In this document: in pieces, positions 1-13,382 of the stretch
Layout: each line of letters starts with the position of its first letter
Position numbering within the stretch: position 1 is the stretch's first letter
NCBI RefSeq assembly: GCF_006345805.1
Contig: NC_043011.1
Span: 14,024,464-14,088,463 of the forward strand
Direction of reading: 5' to 3'
Length of the DNA stretch: 64,000 nucleotides
Origin: Octopus sinensis
Taxonomy: Eukaryota
The notes under the pieces: model-generated
The model's database searches: none
The model's input: the letters and a program-made list of their open reading frames with translations, nothing else
Told to the model about the DNA's origin: nothing
Program-made: the position numbers and the translations under genes

Positions 1-364
1 TGCCCCAGCATAGCCACAGTCTAATGACTGAATTAAGTAAAAAGATAAATAATCAAAATACCGTGACTGAATTTTTATACTGAGAGGTTTGTAAGAAATG
101 CGATAGGAGTTGACTAGACAAGTCACGTAATAAAACAGTTGAATGTGAGGAAACTAGTAATGTTCTGCATTGACCAAATGTAATATCAATAATGCAAAAA
201 AGTGGAATGAATAAATTTATGTTGGGGGTGCGAGGAGGGGGATCTAGCCTTTCAAGCAGAACTAGATAGCTAGCATCACAAATATCAATGTAATTGTTTC
301 ACTTCAGATCAAATCATTAGCTAATCAAGTACAACTCTAAAGTATACCAGTTTCATAAATCATC

Positions 365-725
365 CTCATCATCATCATCATTTAACGTCCGTTTTCCATG
401 CTAGCATGGGTTGGACGGTTCACCTGGGGTCTGGGAAGCCAGAAGGCTGCGCCAGGCTCCACTCTGATCTGGCAGTGTTTCTACAGCTGGATGCCCTTCC
501 TAACGCCAACCACTCCGTGAGTGTAGAGGGCGCTCTTTACGTGCCACCTGCACAGGTGCCAGACGAGGCTGGCAAATGGCCACGATCGGATGGTCCTTTT
601 TACATGCCACCGGCATGGAGGCCAGTAGGGGCAGCACTGGCAACGGTCACGTTCGGATGGTTCTCTTACGTGCCACCGGCACTGGTATCACAGCTACAAT
701 TTCCATTGATGTTGATCGATTTCGA
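365..725 (-). mobile_element. RTE 3'UTR fragment
   Basis: catcatcat-ttaacgtccgttttccatgctagcatgggttggacgg...ggatgcccttcctaacgccaaccactcc, the same tail as the RTE copies. Confidence 0.85.
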
Positions 726-1259
726 TATTGTTCACACACACACACCATTTATGTCTGCTTTTTTCATGCTGGTATGGGTTGTTACTGTCCTCCCAAATGT
801 CAGGGACCACATCTTGCTTATACATGCCATTTGAGGCATTCCAACGTCTTCCTTGATGTCCCTCTTCTACAGGTTTCATCCATTTAAAGGGATAGGCAGG
901 CCATATGTCAAAAATATCAGTTTATCTTCCCTGGAGGATAAACAGATATTAAATGAAATTTTATAAATAAAACAGAGATGATGATGTTAACAATGTGAAT
1001 ATTGTTGTACCTGTTGTTCTAATCCCAGGTCAGCCCTGATTGAGAAAATCTATCACCAAGCTTTTTTTAAAAAACTCTTAAAAATGATAAAGATGCCATT
1101 TGAAGGGGGTTTGGTTGCTATTTGTAGCAGGTCAAACAACTCCCTCATAGGCTCCTTAGTGCTGCAGATATAATGATGACGAGGAAGTTACAGAGGACAG
1201 TGACGAGAAAAATGTAGCTAACGATGATGACAAAAAGGAGGAGGTTATCACTGATGATG

Positions 1260-1290
<31 letters not shown>

Positions 1291-1892
1291 GAATATTATA
1301 GTTGATGTTAATGAAGATGGTAAAATAACAATGGTGATGACAGGTCATATAAATATTTTGTTCTGGAAGAAAAAGATTTCATTTCATGCCTGCTGACTCT
1401 ACAGAATGGTTGGTTTGAAAGGGAGTTGGAAGGAAGTTGGAATTGTTCTCAGCAAGCGAGAAAGGCATGTACAATTATATGACAGACAACAGAAAATTTT
1501 TTAAAAATCAATAGTTATTTACAAAACACACAACTTCCAAGATTAATAGAAAAATAGGGAGTTCAGTGCAATTCACTAACAATAGGATGTTTTATCGTAA
1601 CTGGAAAACATCAACAGAGGGAAATATGTTGAATTGAAGACAACCGATTCGAGATCGTTTTGTTTGCTTGCTGTTTGGAGCTGAATTCTTTCAGGTTTTC
1701 CTCATATAGTTGTTTTTAGTTGGAGCAAATTCTGTCAGTAGTTGGGGTTTTCTCTTGACTAATCACACAACTGTGGAACAGGAAGACTAAACCCTTTCAC
1801 TGATGTTACTATTCAATCTCAATCCAGCCATGATCGAATAATATGATGAGCAAAGGCTATGACCATCACTGTCTTTTTTTATTAGACATCAG

Positions 1893-2278
1893 GACGGCGA
1901 GCTGGCAGAACCGTTAGCACGCCAGGCGAAATGCATAGCCGTATTTCGTCTGACGTTACGTTCTGAGTTCAAATTTGGGGTCGATAAATTAAGTACTAGT
2001 TACGCACTGGGGTCGATGTAATCGACTTAATTTCGTTTGTCTGTCCTTGTTTGTCCCCTCTATGTTTAGCCCCTTGTGGGTAATAAAGAAATAGGTATTT
2101 CGTCTGTCCATACGTTCTGAGTTCAAATTCCGCCAAGGTCGACTTTGCCTTTCACCCTTTCGGGGTCGATAAATTAAGTACCAGTTACACACTGGGGTCA
2201 ATGTAATCGACTTAATTTCGTTTGTCTGTCCTGGTTTGTCCCCTCTATGTTTAGCCCCTTATGGGCAACAAAGAAACA
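1893..2278 (+). mobile_element. SINE family B, head plus tandem-duplicated body
   Basis: GGCGAGCTGGCAGAA (A box)..GAGTTCAAAT (B box)..GCCTTTCATCCTTTCGGGGTCGATAAA core (Meta-domain-like, recalled)..TTAGCCCCTTGTGGG..AAAGAAATAG. Second unit starts at 2095. Confidence 0.9.
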
Positions 2279-2607
2279 TTTATTAGATAGTATATATACA
2301 TCCAAGACAACAATGTAACCTTTTTCTATTAAGATAGTAAGGAGTGATTTAACAGAATTTGTGTTACTATTTGTAGCAGGTGGAGTGACAGCATAAAGGC
2401 AACCTCATTGGCTTATGTAAAACTCATATATTAAACTTGAGAAATCAAGAGTTATGACTCACTCAAGGAGACAACATAATGATTCAAGCAGTTAAATGTG
2501 AAACCTTGACCAAGTTGTCAGCAGTCCAGCACAAGATGACATTAAAACACTTCAATATTCAGAAAGTTCTTTTTCTTATAGCTGATAGATCATGTAAATA
2601 TCTGTTT

Positions 2608-2792
2608 CTTTACTAACCACAAGGGGCTAAACATAGAGGGGACAGACAAACAGATTAAGTTGATTACATCAACCCCAGTGCGTAACTGGTACTTAATTTA
2701 TCGACTCCGAAAGGATGAAAGGCAAAATCGAGCTCGGCGGAATTTGAACTCAGAACATAATGGAAGACAAAATACGGCTACGCATTTCGCCC
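2608..2792 (-). mobile_element. SINE family B
   Basis: Same body. Confidence 0.85.
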
Positions 2793-2846
2793 TAGATCAT
2801 GTAAATATCAAATAGGGTTCGCCTATGTAAATATCAAATTATTTCA

Positions 2847-4342
2847 ATACAGAAGATTATTTCGAAGTCCTTCTTACAAACAAGAGAGCTTTACATGTGG
2901 TTTTCAACCTGCTAAAAATAGTGCCACATACACATAAAATAGTGTCTTAAAACAATAAAGGACAAATTTGATATGCACACATTACGTCATCAAAAAAAAA
3001 AAGTTGGGATGGTCCTACTAGAAACACCTTAGATCATATTTCTCCTCAATCAGAACATACATGTAGTCAAATAACAGTACTAAAATACCACAGAAATATT
3101 GGTTTCAAATTTTGGCACAAGGCCAGCAATTTCAGGGAGTGGAGTGAGTCAGTTACATCGACCCCAGGGCTCAACAGATAATTATTTTATTGACCTCGAA
3201 AGGATGTAAGGCAAAGTTGAGCTCAGAAGGTAAGGACAGATGAAATGCTACTAAGCATTTCGCCTGCAGGTTAATAATTCTTATTTATTTATTGCCCACA
3301 AGGGGCTAAACATAGAGGAGACAAACAAGGACAAACAAAGGGATTAAGTCGATCACATCGACCCCAGTGTGTAACTGGTACTTAGTTTATCGACCCCGAA
3401 AGGATGAAAGGCAAAGTCGACCTCGGCGGGATTTGAACTCAGAACGTAATGGGGGACAAAATACAGCTAAGTATTTCACCCAGAATGCTAACACTTCTGC
3501 CAGCTCGCCGCCTTTAACCTGCAGGTTAATAATTCTGTCAGCTCCCCATCTTAAATACTGCAGAAATATTAACAATTAATTAGCACCGAAATTCAGTTTC
3601 AGAATTTCACAATTTATTGGGTAAAAGAAACTGATATGTAAAGACCTCACCTTTCCGTTTTCTTAAGTTATTGCTGTCGTGTAAACCTAGGTCAATACTA
3701 AAAAAGCAGATCTATAACCTAAGGCATTCCAGCCATGACTATCCCAGCTGTTAATTCAAAACAAAATTACATTATCTAATATATCCTCCATTGTTTAAAA
3801 TGATAGGTGTGGTGTCAGGGCTATTTGGATTGGTGTCTCTTACTGGTTGAGCAATCACAAACAGTTCTCTTATTCATTCACAACCCACCAAGGTTATTGA
3901 TATAGTCTTTTATTCTGGTTTCAGTCATTTGACTGTGGCCATGCTGGAACACTGCCTTGAAGGGTTTTAGTAAAAAAAAATCAACCCCAGGACTGGCATT
4001 TTTAAAGCTTAGTACTTACTCTATTGGTCTCTTTTGCTGAACCATTAAGTTACAGGGACTTAAATACATCAAAACTGGTTGTCTAGTGGTGATGGGGGAC
4101 ACATACACATACATACATACATACATATAATCAAAGGTGTTCTAGGTGTTCTATATGATCGAAGGTGTTCTAGTAGAACCATCCCAACTTTTTTTTTTAT
4201 GACATAATGTGTACATATCAAATTTGTCCTTTATTGTTTTAAGACACTATTTTATGTGTATGTGGCACTATTTTTAGCAGGTTGAATACCACATATAAAG
4301 CTCTCTTGTTTGTGAGAAGGACTTCGAAATAATTTTCTGTAT
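2847..4342. repeat. Local inverted duplication (~190-bp arms at 2847-3039 and 4153-4342)
   Basis: The arms are more than 90% reverse-complementary by eye and derive from an old dispersed repeat. Confidence 0.85.
3283..3517 (-). mobile_element. SINE family B
   Basis: Full monomer. A related B2 variant with a different tail lies at 3100-3280, and also at 29330-29440, 52093-52310 and 62660-62835. Confidence 0.88.
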
Positions 4343-4557
4343 ATATATATATATGTGAGAAGTTGAGGTTATAAGAGATAATGGTGTCATTGAGGCCCAA
4401 AGGTATCAGGTAATGCTGAATAAGTGCTATAGACAGACCATAGTTAAGTTCCAGATTCAGTAATATTGTGAATAAAGGGTTCAATGTTGGTTCTATGTCA
4501 GCATTGCTCTAATATCTATACAGCCTTGGTTTTTTTTTCTCATTACGCAAAAAATTC

Positions 4558-4595
<38 letters not shown>

Positions 4596-4598
<3 letters not shown>

Positions 4599-4840
4599 AA
4601 TGCAACAATACTGGGGTTAGTAAATTAATTTGGTCTCTAAAGGAACATGATAAACAATTTGATTTGGAATGGAATATTCTATCTAAATCCTTCCCATATG
4701 ATAAATCTTTTTGTCCACTCTGTAACAAAGAACAATTCCTTATCCTATTCTTGGAGAATTCTCTTGTAAACACATTTAAAGAATACGTTTATCGTTGCAA
4801 ACATTGGCAAAAACATACCTTTAGTTCCTATAAGTAATTT
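4596..4840 (+). mobile_element. Penelope-like element C-terminal (endonuclease tail) remnant
   Basis: VSKLIWSLKEHDKQFDLEWNILSKSFPY..CPLCNKEQFLIL..LVN..YRCKH matches the PLE pattern LSKYIW.LK..I.W.I...CxLC..EK..RC.H. Confidence 0.75.
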
Positions 4841-6874
4841 CTACAATCTATAAAATTCGACCTTTAACTGTCTTCTAACATTTCATTTCCACTACATATA
4901 TCTATTTCCGTGCTTTTAACCTTTATTGCTATTCATCTATCGCACTATATTTCTCCACTATTAATTTTCTGTTAATTTCTTTCTTTCTCCTCCTTCTCTT
5001 AATTGCCTTTGATGTTAAATCTATTGACAGTTTTTTAAAAAAATAACTTGCCGACGTTCTCCTTCATCATATACATGGTAATCATATTCGGTGAAAATGG
5101 CTTATTGATGTGTTTTGTTTCTCTTTTTTTTTTTACCTAATGAGAAGATCACATTGTTTTACATCATTTTATTCCCTCCGGAATAATATCAATGTTTCCT
5201 TCAAAACATCTGTCGGAAATATAAAGATTTGATTAACACCTGCATTTGACTCCATTTCTTAATTTATCCATGTTATATAAAGACATTTCACTTAACCCTG
5301 GAATTTCTACATTTATAAGTAGGTTGTAATATCCTTGGCACTTACGTGAATTTTTGCTACCCTGGTAACTATTTATTTATTTTTTCCATGTTATTTGTAC
5401 ACATTGAAAAAATACACATTTATATGTACGTGTGTACATATATATATATACATACACACGATGGGCTTCTTTCAGTTTCTGTCTACCAGATCCACTCACA
5501 AAGCTTTAGTCAGCCCGAAGCTATAGTAGAAGAGACTTGCCCAAGGTGCCATGTAGTATGATGGGGGTTCAGACAACAAAGAGATTTCATTATCCTCAGA
5601 GTTTTTATATCTGTTTGTCCATGCTGGGATAGGTTGCATAAGACTTTCAGGCAGTATTTTACAGCTGGATACCCTCTCTATTATAAACCCTTTTAATTGT
5701 CTGCAGAGATAATATTTAAACCCAATATTTATGTATTGTACATATCTTTTACTTGTTTCAGTCATTAGATGGTGGCTTTTAGTTGAATGAATCAACCCCA
5801 CTACTTTTTTTTCTCTTTCTTTAACATCGTACTGACCAAAGCATTCTTCTTTATTTATGTCAGTAGAACGTAATTTGAAGGAGATTTGGTTACTATTTCT
5901 AGCAGGTCTATTGAATGTGTGGAAGCTTCCTCATAATCTTTCAGGATTGACAGAAATGGTACAGCATCAGATGAAATTTCTTATTTAGCTTTAAGTTCAA
6001 ACCTTGTTAATACTCCCTTTATCTGACCTTGATAAAATCCAAGAAAATACCAGGATGTTAAAACAAAAAAACAAAAAAAAAAATGGAAAAAAAGAGCTAG
6101 AAGTCAAACTATGATGCTGAGGATATTAATGTAGTTGATTTTGAAAAGGATTTTGCTCAAATTCCAAACCAAGCAGAAAATAAGACAGCAGAGGAGCATC
6201 CGGAAGATAGGACTTCAATGCGGTTCAGTTAAGGACTGGAAGTCTTCTCTGCAGACATTTCGCTATCCAGCTCTCCCTAGAATTCCTTACTATAAAAGCT
6301 AGGCACTTGCCATCTTTTAACACAGTTACAGTCATTATTAAAAAAATTCATACTAATTGGCGTTATATTCTATAAAAATTAATTTTCAATTTGATGTAAA
6401 AATAACTTTGGTGGTAAGTGAGGTAGAATATAATAATGACTAACAGAACTTAGAGACAGAATACTTCTATATTTTCTCAAACTAGAGTAGACAGCCTGTT
6501 ATAACATTTGATTGGTACCGAGATTAGATTCAACATGGCCCCACCTCTTTTCTCTATTTCCTTCTTAATTAAGTTTCACTTCACATCAACTAGTGTTTAT
6601 AGAACTATTTAGCTTGGCATAAAACTGTTATGGCAATGGAAACGTTAAGTTCTTCTCCCTACCTATATAAGAATACTAATATGTATGTAAGCCTGTTCAA
6701 TAAAGTTATCTTACAACTAAGCTCTATAACTTTTGTAATAAAAGCTACAGAAAATAAATCAGTTCACTCAAGGATTTAAGAGACGATTTTTATTTATTGC
6801 ACTACTTGACCAAACATGAATTGCCCATCCATCTTTGCATCATGAAATATCTTCTAAGGGAGCTTTTGATTAAT

Positions 6875-7215
6875 ATCTTTTACTTGTCTCAGTCTTCAGA
6901 CTATGGTTATGCTGAGGCACTACCTTGAAGGGTTTTAGAAGAACAAATTGACCCCAAGACTTTTAAGCCTGGTACTCATTCTGTCTCATTTGCCAAACTG
7001 CTAAATTACAGGAATGTAAACACACCAACGCTGGTTGTCAAGTAGTTGTAAGTCACACACACACAACAGGCTTCTTTCAGCTTCTATCTGCCAAATCCAC
7101 TCAGAAGGCTTTGATCAGCCTGAGGCTATAGCAGAAGACAGTTGCCCAAGATGCCATGCAGTAGGACAGAATCCAGAACTATGTGGTCGGAAAGCAAGCA
7201 TTTTACCATACAGTG
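6875..7215 (-). mobile_element. SINE family A (diverged)
   Basis: Same motifs. Further partial copies at about 3905-4130, 5455-5550, 5740-5810, 13875-13965, 15860-16125, 26703-26790, 39755-39930, 42590-42810 and 54400-54580. Confidence 0.75.
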
Positions 7216-7649
7216 TTTTTTTTCCATATATTACCCTCTGATGCAACTGGACACATCATCATTGAGGTTTCCTGATATCTTTCAACATCGTACACCTTCA
7301 CCTAAGCAACCCAGCAGGTAAAGTATTGCAGACAGCCTATACAATCCAACTACGAAAATCGTATGGGACTGCTCCACTTGTTAGAAATAGCAGTCAAATC
7401 TTATTCTAATCACACCATGTTGTCATAAAAGGAAGACAGACACTTTGGATAATATGGTCCTAGATGACAAAAAAAAATATGTGACAGAATGTTCCCAATA
7501 TGAGCAAAAGGTGTATTTGAGTAGAACTGACTTTGGTCAAAACAATAGCAGAGCCTTTATATTTACCAACTGCTTCTTCAATAGCTATAGGCAGAGATAA
7601 AAAAAACTTGATAAGATAGTGAAATACAGTGTAGCTGGTATCTAAGATA

Positions 7650-8585
7650 TATAGATAGAAATGACAGTCGTACTAAATATAGCTGTATACGTAGATGGAG
7701 CCAATATTACTAGGTACAACTGTATAGGTAGAGGAAAACAATACTAGTAGATACAGTTGTATAATGGAGTGAGGGTAATAATACTAGATATAGCTAGAGA
7801 GAAGAGACAATATTACTAGGTTCAGCTGTACAGTAGAGGGACAATATTAACAAGTACAATTGTATAGGTCAGTGGTTCACAAAATATGAGTTGCGACCCA
7901 CAGATGGGTCGCGAACGGAATCTTAGTGGGTCGCAAAAAGTTATAAAATTACGCATTAGCTTTGATTAACTGCTGTCTTTCGAGATAGTTCAAGAGTTAT
8001 GTTTTCAATACCAGACTTGTTGTTTTATCAAGCAGTAGGCTTTTTCACGACCTTAACAAATCAGAGGTACTCAATCATTTCTGCCGAAGCATTAAAAGTA
8101 CTTCTCCCTTTCACATCATCTTACATTTGTGAAGCTGGATTTTCAGCAAGGGTTGGGATTAAAAGCAAATATCGAAATAAACTGCAGCTCTCAAATTCTT
8201 TACACCTGAAACTATCACACATTGAACCTGATGTTAATTCTATTATTGAGCGTAGCAAGAAACAGGCTCATCCTTCTCACACGCCTCACTGAAGATGTAG
8301 TCTGAAATAAATTTGTTAATTTCATTAATGTTTTTACTCAGTAGAGTTAAGTGGGTCGTCGTAAACTGGTGTGATAAATAGTGGGTCACGACTCTAAAAA
8401 GTTTGGGAACCACTGGTACAGGTAGTGGAGGAAAGTATTATTAGATATAAATAGTTGTGCAGGTAGGAGTAAAAAATTAAAAGGATGTCTGAATAATAAT
8501 GAGAGCATTACCTGGTACACAGTTGTGTAGGAAGGATTACAAAGCTGTATAAGAGGAAATAGTGACAGTGTTATTAGGTACAATA
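7650..8585. repeat. Degenerate ~35-40-bp minisatellite, interrupted by the hAT element
   Basis: Recurrent agctgtataggtaga...caatattactaggtac units on both sides of 7870-8415. Confidence 0.65.
7870..8415 (+). mobile_element. Internally deleted hAT (Buster/Charlie-type) transposon
   Basis: TIRs CAGTGGTTC...GAACCACTG. 8-bp TSD gtataggt/gtacaggt. Retains the C-terminal dimerisation segment LLPFTSSYICEAGFS..IKSKYRNKL..LKLSHIEPD..KQAHPSH. Confidence 0.92.
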
Positions 8586-9951
8586 GGTTGTTGTTAGACC
8601 CAGATCAACTCTGATGAAGTAGACTTATCTACAACTACGTTACCCAATGGCAGCCACTGTCTCCAGCATTGACTCACAAGTGCAGCTATATAGGGAGGAG
8701 GAAGTTGTTTTGGTGTCAAGATGTACATAGGGGGGGTCTATTTTCTATGTTCCTCTATTACTATTTTTACTATAAGAAGTGTTGTTTGTTTAGCATTCTG
8801 TAGGTGCATAATGTCACCATATGAGTTTTCTCCCTTTTCAATGCGCTTGCGGCTACAGGAGAGATAACTTGTACAACATATGATGCATCTAAAGGCTAAC
8901 GTAATACAGGAATGTAAGTTAGGAGAATGGACTCAGAGAAGTGTGACCTTAGCCCTGAAGTAGTAGATTTCATCAAGTGAAGCTTCATTCGAGAACAGCA
9001 GACATCATCTCAAAAGATTTTAATGCATTTTTGTCTTTATTTTTAAAATCAAAGCAAGTTGAAATGCCATTTTCATAGTTTTTGGTACTTATTAAAATTA
9101 AAATAAGTATAAAAATTACCCTTGAGGAAAAAAGATTTTTTTTGCTTTGCTTTTTCCCATTTGGCACACACGTGCAAACATTTCCTGCTGTTTAAGGGTT
9201 AATGAAGGGTTATATACCTTCTACTAATTAGTAGTGGGTCTATGTGTTACCTACAAAGAAATATAGTTTTGAAAGTTTTATGTTTAACAAGTGGAAATTA
9301 ATTACTGGAAAATATACAGCAAAAATGAACTAGAATACTGCACAACTCGACTAACATGACCTATATAGGCCCAAAAGCTAAAACATTAAGTTTGTACATC
9401 CATTCTGCAACCCTGCCAACCTACAACATCTACCTCTTTATCAAGTTATATCTGATCTCGAAAAGCTAGCAACACACCTTACAAGATTAAAAAAAGAAAG
9501 AAAAAACATAACTTTATGACTAGACATTCATGTCATTTCGTAGTCACGTATAAATCAGACTTATCTATTATATAGTTGAGAAATTAACAGATGTAAGATC
9601 TTACCCTTAAAGACTGTTGCACTCCGTCATTACACATTTTTTTTTCTCCTTTACAGCACTACACCTTAGTTATCAGACTACCGATCTTAAAATAGCTACG
9701 CCCACCTGGGTCCCTGTGCACATAGTCATGCAGTCAAAGTGTTGGAATAACTAGAGCATTTTAATATAGAAGCACACACACTCCTTCCTCATCCTCCAGT
9801 TAAGTAGAATTGAGAACCTACACCTTCGTCGTTAATTTACTAACAGTTTGTTATAATTACATTAGATTCAATTACACAAGTTAAACATTCTACCAGCAAT
9901 CTTTCACTCCTTTCCTATATTACCCCCCACCTTTTTTTTTTCAAAAAAACA

Positions 9952-10357
9952 TACTCCTTTACTTGTTTCAGTCATTTGACTGCGGCCATGCTGGAGCACC
10001 GCTTTTAGTCGAGCAAATCGACCCCGGAACTTATTCTTTGTAAGCCCAGTACTTATTCTATCGGTCTCTTTTGCCGAACCGCTAAGTGATGGGGACGTAA
10101 ACACACTAGCATTGGTTGTCAAGCAATGCTAGGGGGACAAACACAGACACACAAACATATACACACACATTTATATATATATATACATATATACGACAGG
10201 ATTCTTTCAGTTTCCGTCTACCAAATCCACTCACAAGGCATTGGTCGGCCCGGGGCTATAGCAGAAGACACTTGCCCAAGATGCCACGCTGTGGGACTGA
10301 ACCCGGAACCATGTGGTTGGTTAGCAAGCTACTTACCACACAGCCACTCCTGCGCCT
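9952..10357 (-). mobile_element. SINE family A (tRNA head, CORE-like motif, CA/TA microsatellite, LINE-like tail)
   Basis: Head GGCGCAGGAGTGGCTGTGTGG (A box)..GGTTCAGTCC (B box)..CTTGGGCAAGTGTC; tail GACTGAAACAAGTAAAAGAG. Confidence 0.9.
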
Positions 10358-10554
10358 GTATGTCTCCTTTGCATTGTTAGTACAATTGGGTTGTAGTACA
10401 ATTGAGAATTAAACAAATATAAAAGTATCAGTTGGAATTATCTACCCGGGTGCATAAGATTGACTGACCTCTTCAACAGGGTGGTCAGTATGACCACTGT
10501 CCAATGGCTGAAACCCATACCATACAGTATTATATCATATATATAACTGTATGC

Positions 10555-10714
10555 TGTTATGTTCTGAGTTCAAATTCCGCCGAGGTCGACTTTGCCTTTC
10601 ATCCTTTCGGGGTCGATAAATTAAGTACCAGTTACGCATTGGGGTCGATGTAACCGACTTAAGCCCTTTGTTTGTCCCCTCTGTGTTTAGCCCCCTTGTG
10701 GGCAATAAAGAAAT
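10555..10714 (+). mobile_element. SINE family B (headless)
   Basis: Same body. Confidence 0.85.
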
Positions 10715-11039
10715 ACATATAACTGTATGCACACACACGTATATGCATAAACAAATACATGCACATTACACACATACATCTAACACACACACACATTCTA
10801 TAATCATTTTTACGTCTTTGTAACCCAAGGAAGATTTCTACAGCCTGATGCTCTTTTTGTAACCAACTTTTACCTATTTTTCAAGTAAGAAATTCTAATT
10901 CCACTGGCCAAGTGACATGCATTGGCAACCACATGATGGTGAAGCAAACCTTATCACATACCCAAAGCAGCTTCCAAGTTCAATACATACAAACAGGTTA
11001 ATTTACCTGTTACGTGTATTTATATATTTATATATATTT

Positions 11040-11450
11040 TTTTACTACCCACAAGGGGCTAAACACAGAGGGAACAAAGGAGGACAGACAAACAGATTAA
11101 GTTCATTACATCGACCCCAGTGCGTAACTGGTACTTAATTAATCGACCCCGAAAGGATGAAAGGCAAAGTCGACCTCGGCGGAATTTGAACTCAGAACGC
11201 AGTGGCAGACGAAATACCTATTTCTTTACTACCCACAAGGGGCTAAACAGAGGGGACAAACAAGGACAGACATAGGTATTAAGTCGATTACATCGACCCC
11301 CAGTGAGTAACTGGTACTTAATTTATTGACCCTGAAAGGATGAAAGGCAAAGTCGACCTCAGCGGAATTTGAACTCACAACGTAACAGCAGACGAAATAC
11401 CGCTAAGCATTACGCCCGGTGTGCTAACCTTTCTGCCAGCTCTCCGCCTT
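11040..11450 (-). mobile_element. SINE family B, tandem body
   Basis: Junction at 11217/11218. Confidence 0.9.
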
Positions 11451-11713
11451 TCCTTATATATTTATATAATTCGCACACACACGTGTGTGTGTACATTTGT
11501 GTTTTCAGCAGTATCAGCAGCACCAAGCAGTGTTTAGACATTTGCTAAAATATGTTTGACATATTTCAACTTGTAAAGACAAATTAATTGCACTTACTGT
11601 GGAGAAAAAAAAATATGAGAGAGAATATTTTCTCCACAGTAACTGCAGTAAATTGGCCATAGAAGCCTTTACATTTTTCATATATTTATGCGAACACATA
11701 CATGCATGTATGT

Positions 11714-12064
11714 ATACTCTTTTACTTGTTTCAGTCATTTGACTGCGGCCATGCTGGAGCACCACCTTTAGTACTTATTCTATCGGTCTCTTTTTGCCGA
11801 ACCGCTAAGTAACGGGGACATAAACACACCAGCATCGGTTGTCAAGCAATGCTAGGGGGACAAACACAGACACACACATATACATATATATACATATATA
11901 CGACAGGCTTCTTTCAGTTTCCGTCTACCAAATCCACTCACAAGGCATTGGTCGGCCCGGGGCTATAGCAGAAGACACTTGCCCAAGATGCCACGCAGTG
12001 GGACTGAACCCGCAACCGTGTGGTTGGTTAGCAAGCTACTTACCACACAGCCACTCCTGCGCCT
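11714..12064 (-). mobile_element. SINE family A
   Basis: Near-identical to 9952-10357. Confidence 0.9.
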
Positions 12065-12224
12065 ATAAACACATACAAACAATGTTAGACTTGAAATCAG
12101 TTGCCCTCTACCAAATTTGATTCCCCAATGTATTGGTGAGCCTCAGGCTGTGGCTAGAAGATGCTTTGCCAATACATAGCAGACTCAACCCCCAAACCAC
12201 ATGGTAATGAAGTGAGCTTCTTAA

Positions 12225-12439
12225 CCCTTTCGTTACCAACCCGGCTGAAACCTGCTCTGAATAGAAATGTCTTGTTTTCATAAGTTTTGAATTAAAATCT
12301 TCCACCAAACCTTAAGTCACAATTTATGTTCCAAACACTAGCTGAATGATAACTAAGTTATTTTACTAAATTCTTTGTTTCATTTAAAGTAATTGAAAGA
12401 AACACAGAGCATCTCAACAGAAATACAGTAACAAAAGGG
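12225..12439. mobile_element. piggyBac-type MITE
   Basis: ttaa|CCCTTTCGTTAC...GTAACAAAAGGG|ttaa. Confidence 0.85.
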
Positions 12440-12786
12440 TTAAGCATACAACTTTGCCTATGTCCATGCACAGTCTGGTCATCAATTAATATGAGAAATG
12501 AGAAATTTGGAACATCAGATGTGTGGATTTCACCTAGTTCATTCACAGCCATATTGTAGGTATGTCTGTCGAGAGTTGGCTTAGAAACTTAGCAACATAT
12601 TGTAAGCATTTAGAAAATTCCTAGCTTGTTCTAAGAAAACTAAATTTAGAAGAGGGTTTAACTTTTGATAAAATATTTTACCCGTTTTATAGCTGTCTGC
12701 TAGCATTCAGTAGCTAACAATATAATCGTTCCGGATACGGCTAGTTTCTGAAAACTAAATGACTAACTTAACCTTATTTAAACCAT

Positions 12787-13120
12787 AGGTGCAGGAGTGG
12801 CTGTGTGGTAAGTAGCTTGCTAACCAACCACATGGTTCCAGGTTCAGTCCCATTGCGTGGCATCTTGGGCAAGTGTCTTCTGCTATAGCCCCGGGCCGAC
12901 CAATGCCTTGTGAGTGGATTTGGTAGACGGAAACTGAAAGAAGCCTGTCATCATCATCATCATCATCGTCGTTTAACGTCCGTTCTCCATGCTAGCATGG
13001 GTTGGACGGTTCGACCGGGGTTCTGGGAAGCCAGAAGGCTGCACCAGGCTCCAGTCTAATTTGGCAATGTTTCTACAGCTGGATGCCCTTCCTAACGCCA
13101 GGTATATATATATATATGTC

Positions 13121-13169
<49 letters not shown>

Positions 13170-13382
13170 GTGTGTTTGTGTGTCTGTGTTTGTCCCCCTA
13201 GCATTGCTTGACAACCAATGCTAGTGTGTTTACGTCCCCATCACTTAGCGGTTTGGCAAAAAAAGAGACCAATAGAATAAGTACTGGGCTTACAAAGAAT
13301 AAGTCCCGGGGTCAATTTGCTCGACTAAAGGCGGTGCTCCAGCATGGCCGCAGTCAAATGACTGAAACAAGTAAAAGAGTAA
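12787..13382 (+). mobile_element. SINE family A, interrupted by an RTE tail
   Basis: Head at 12787-12948; body resumes after (TA)n at about 13170. Confidence 0.88.
12949..13103 (-). mobile_element. RTE 3'UTR fragment inserted in a family-A SINE
   Basis: The tail motif interrupts the SINE at 12787-13382. Confidence 0.8.

Noticed and set aside
1170-1330. Acidic Asp/Glu-rich reading frame
   Set aside because: Built on a degenerate (GAT)n microsatellite, with no convincing acceptor or partner exons.
8612-8640. CTGATGA followed by a short stem
   Set aside because: No GAAA or cleavage triplet; part of an old dispersed repeat.
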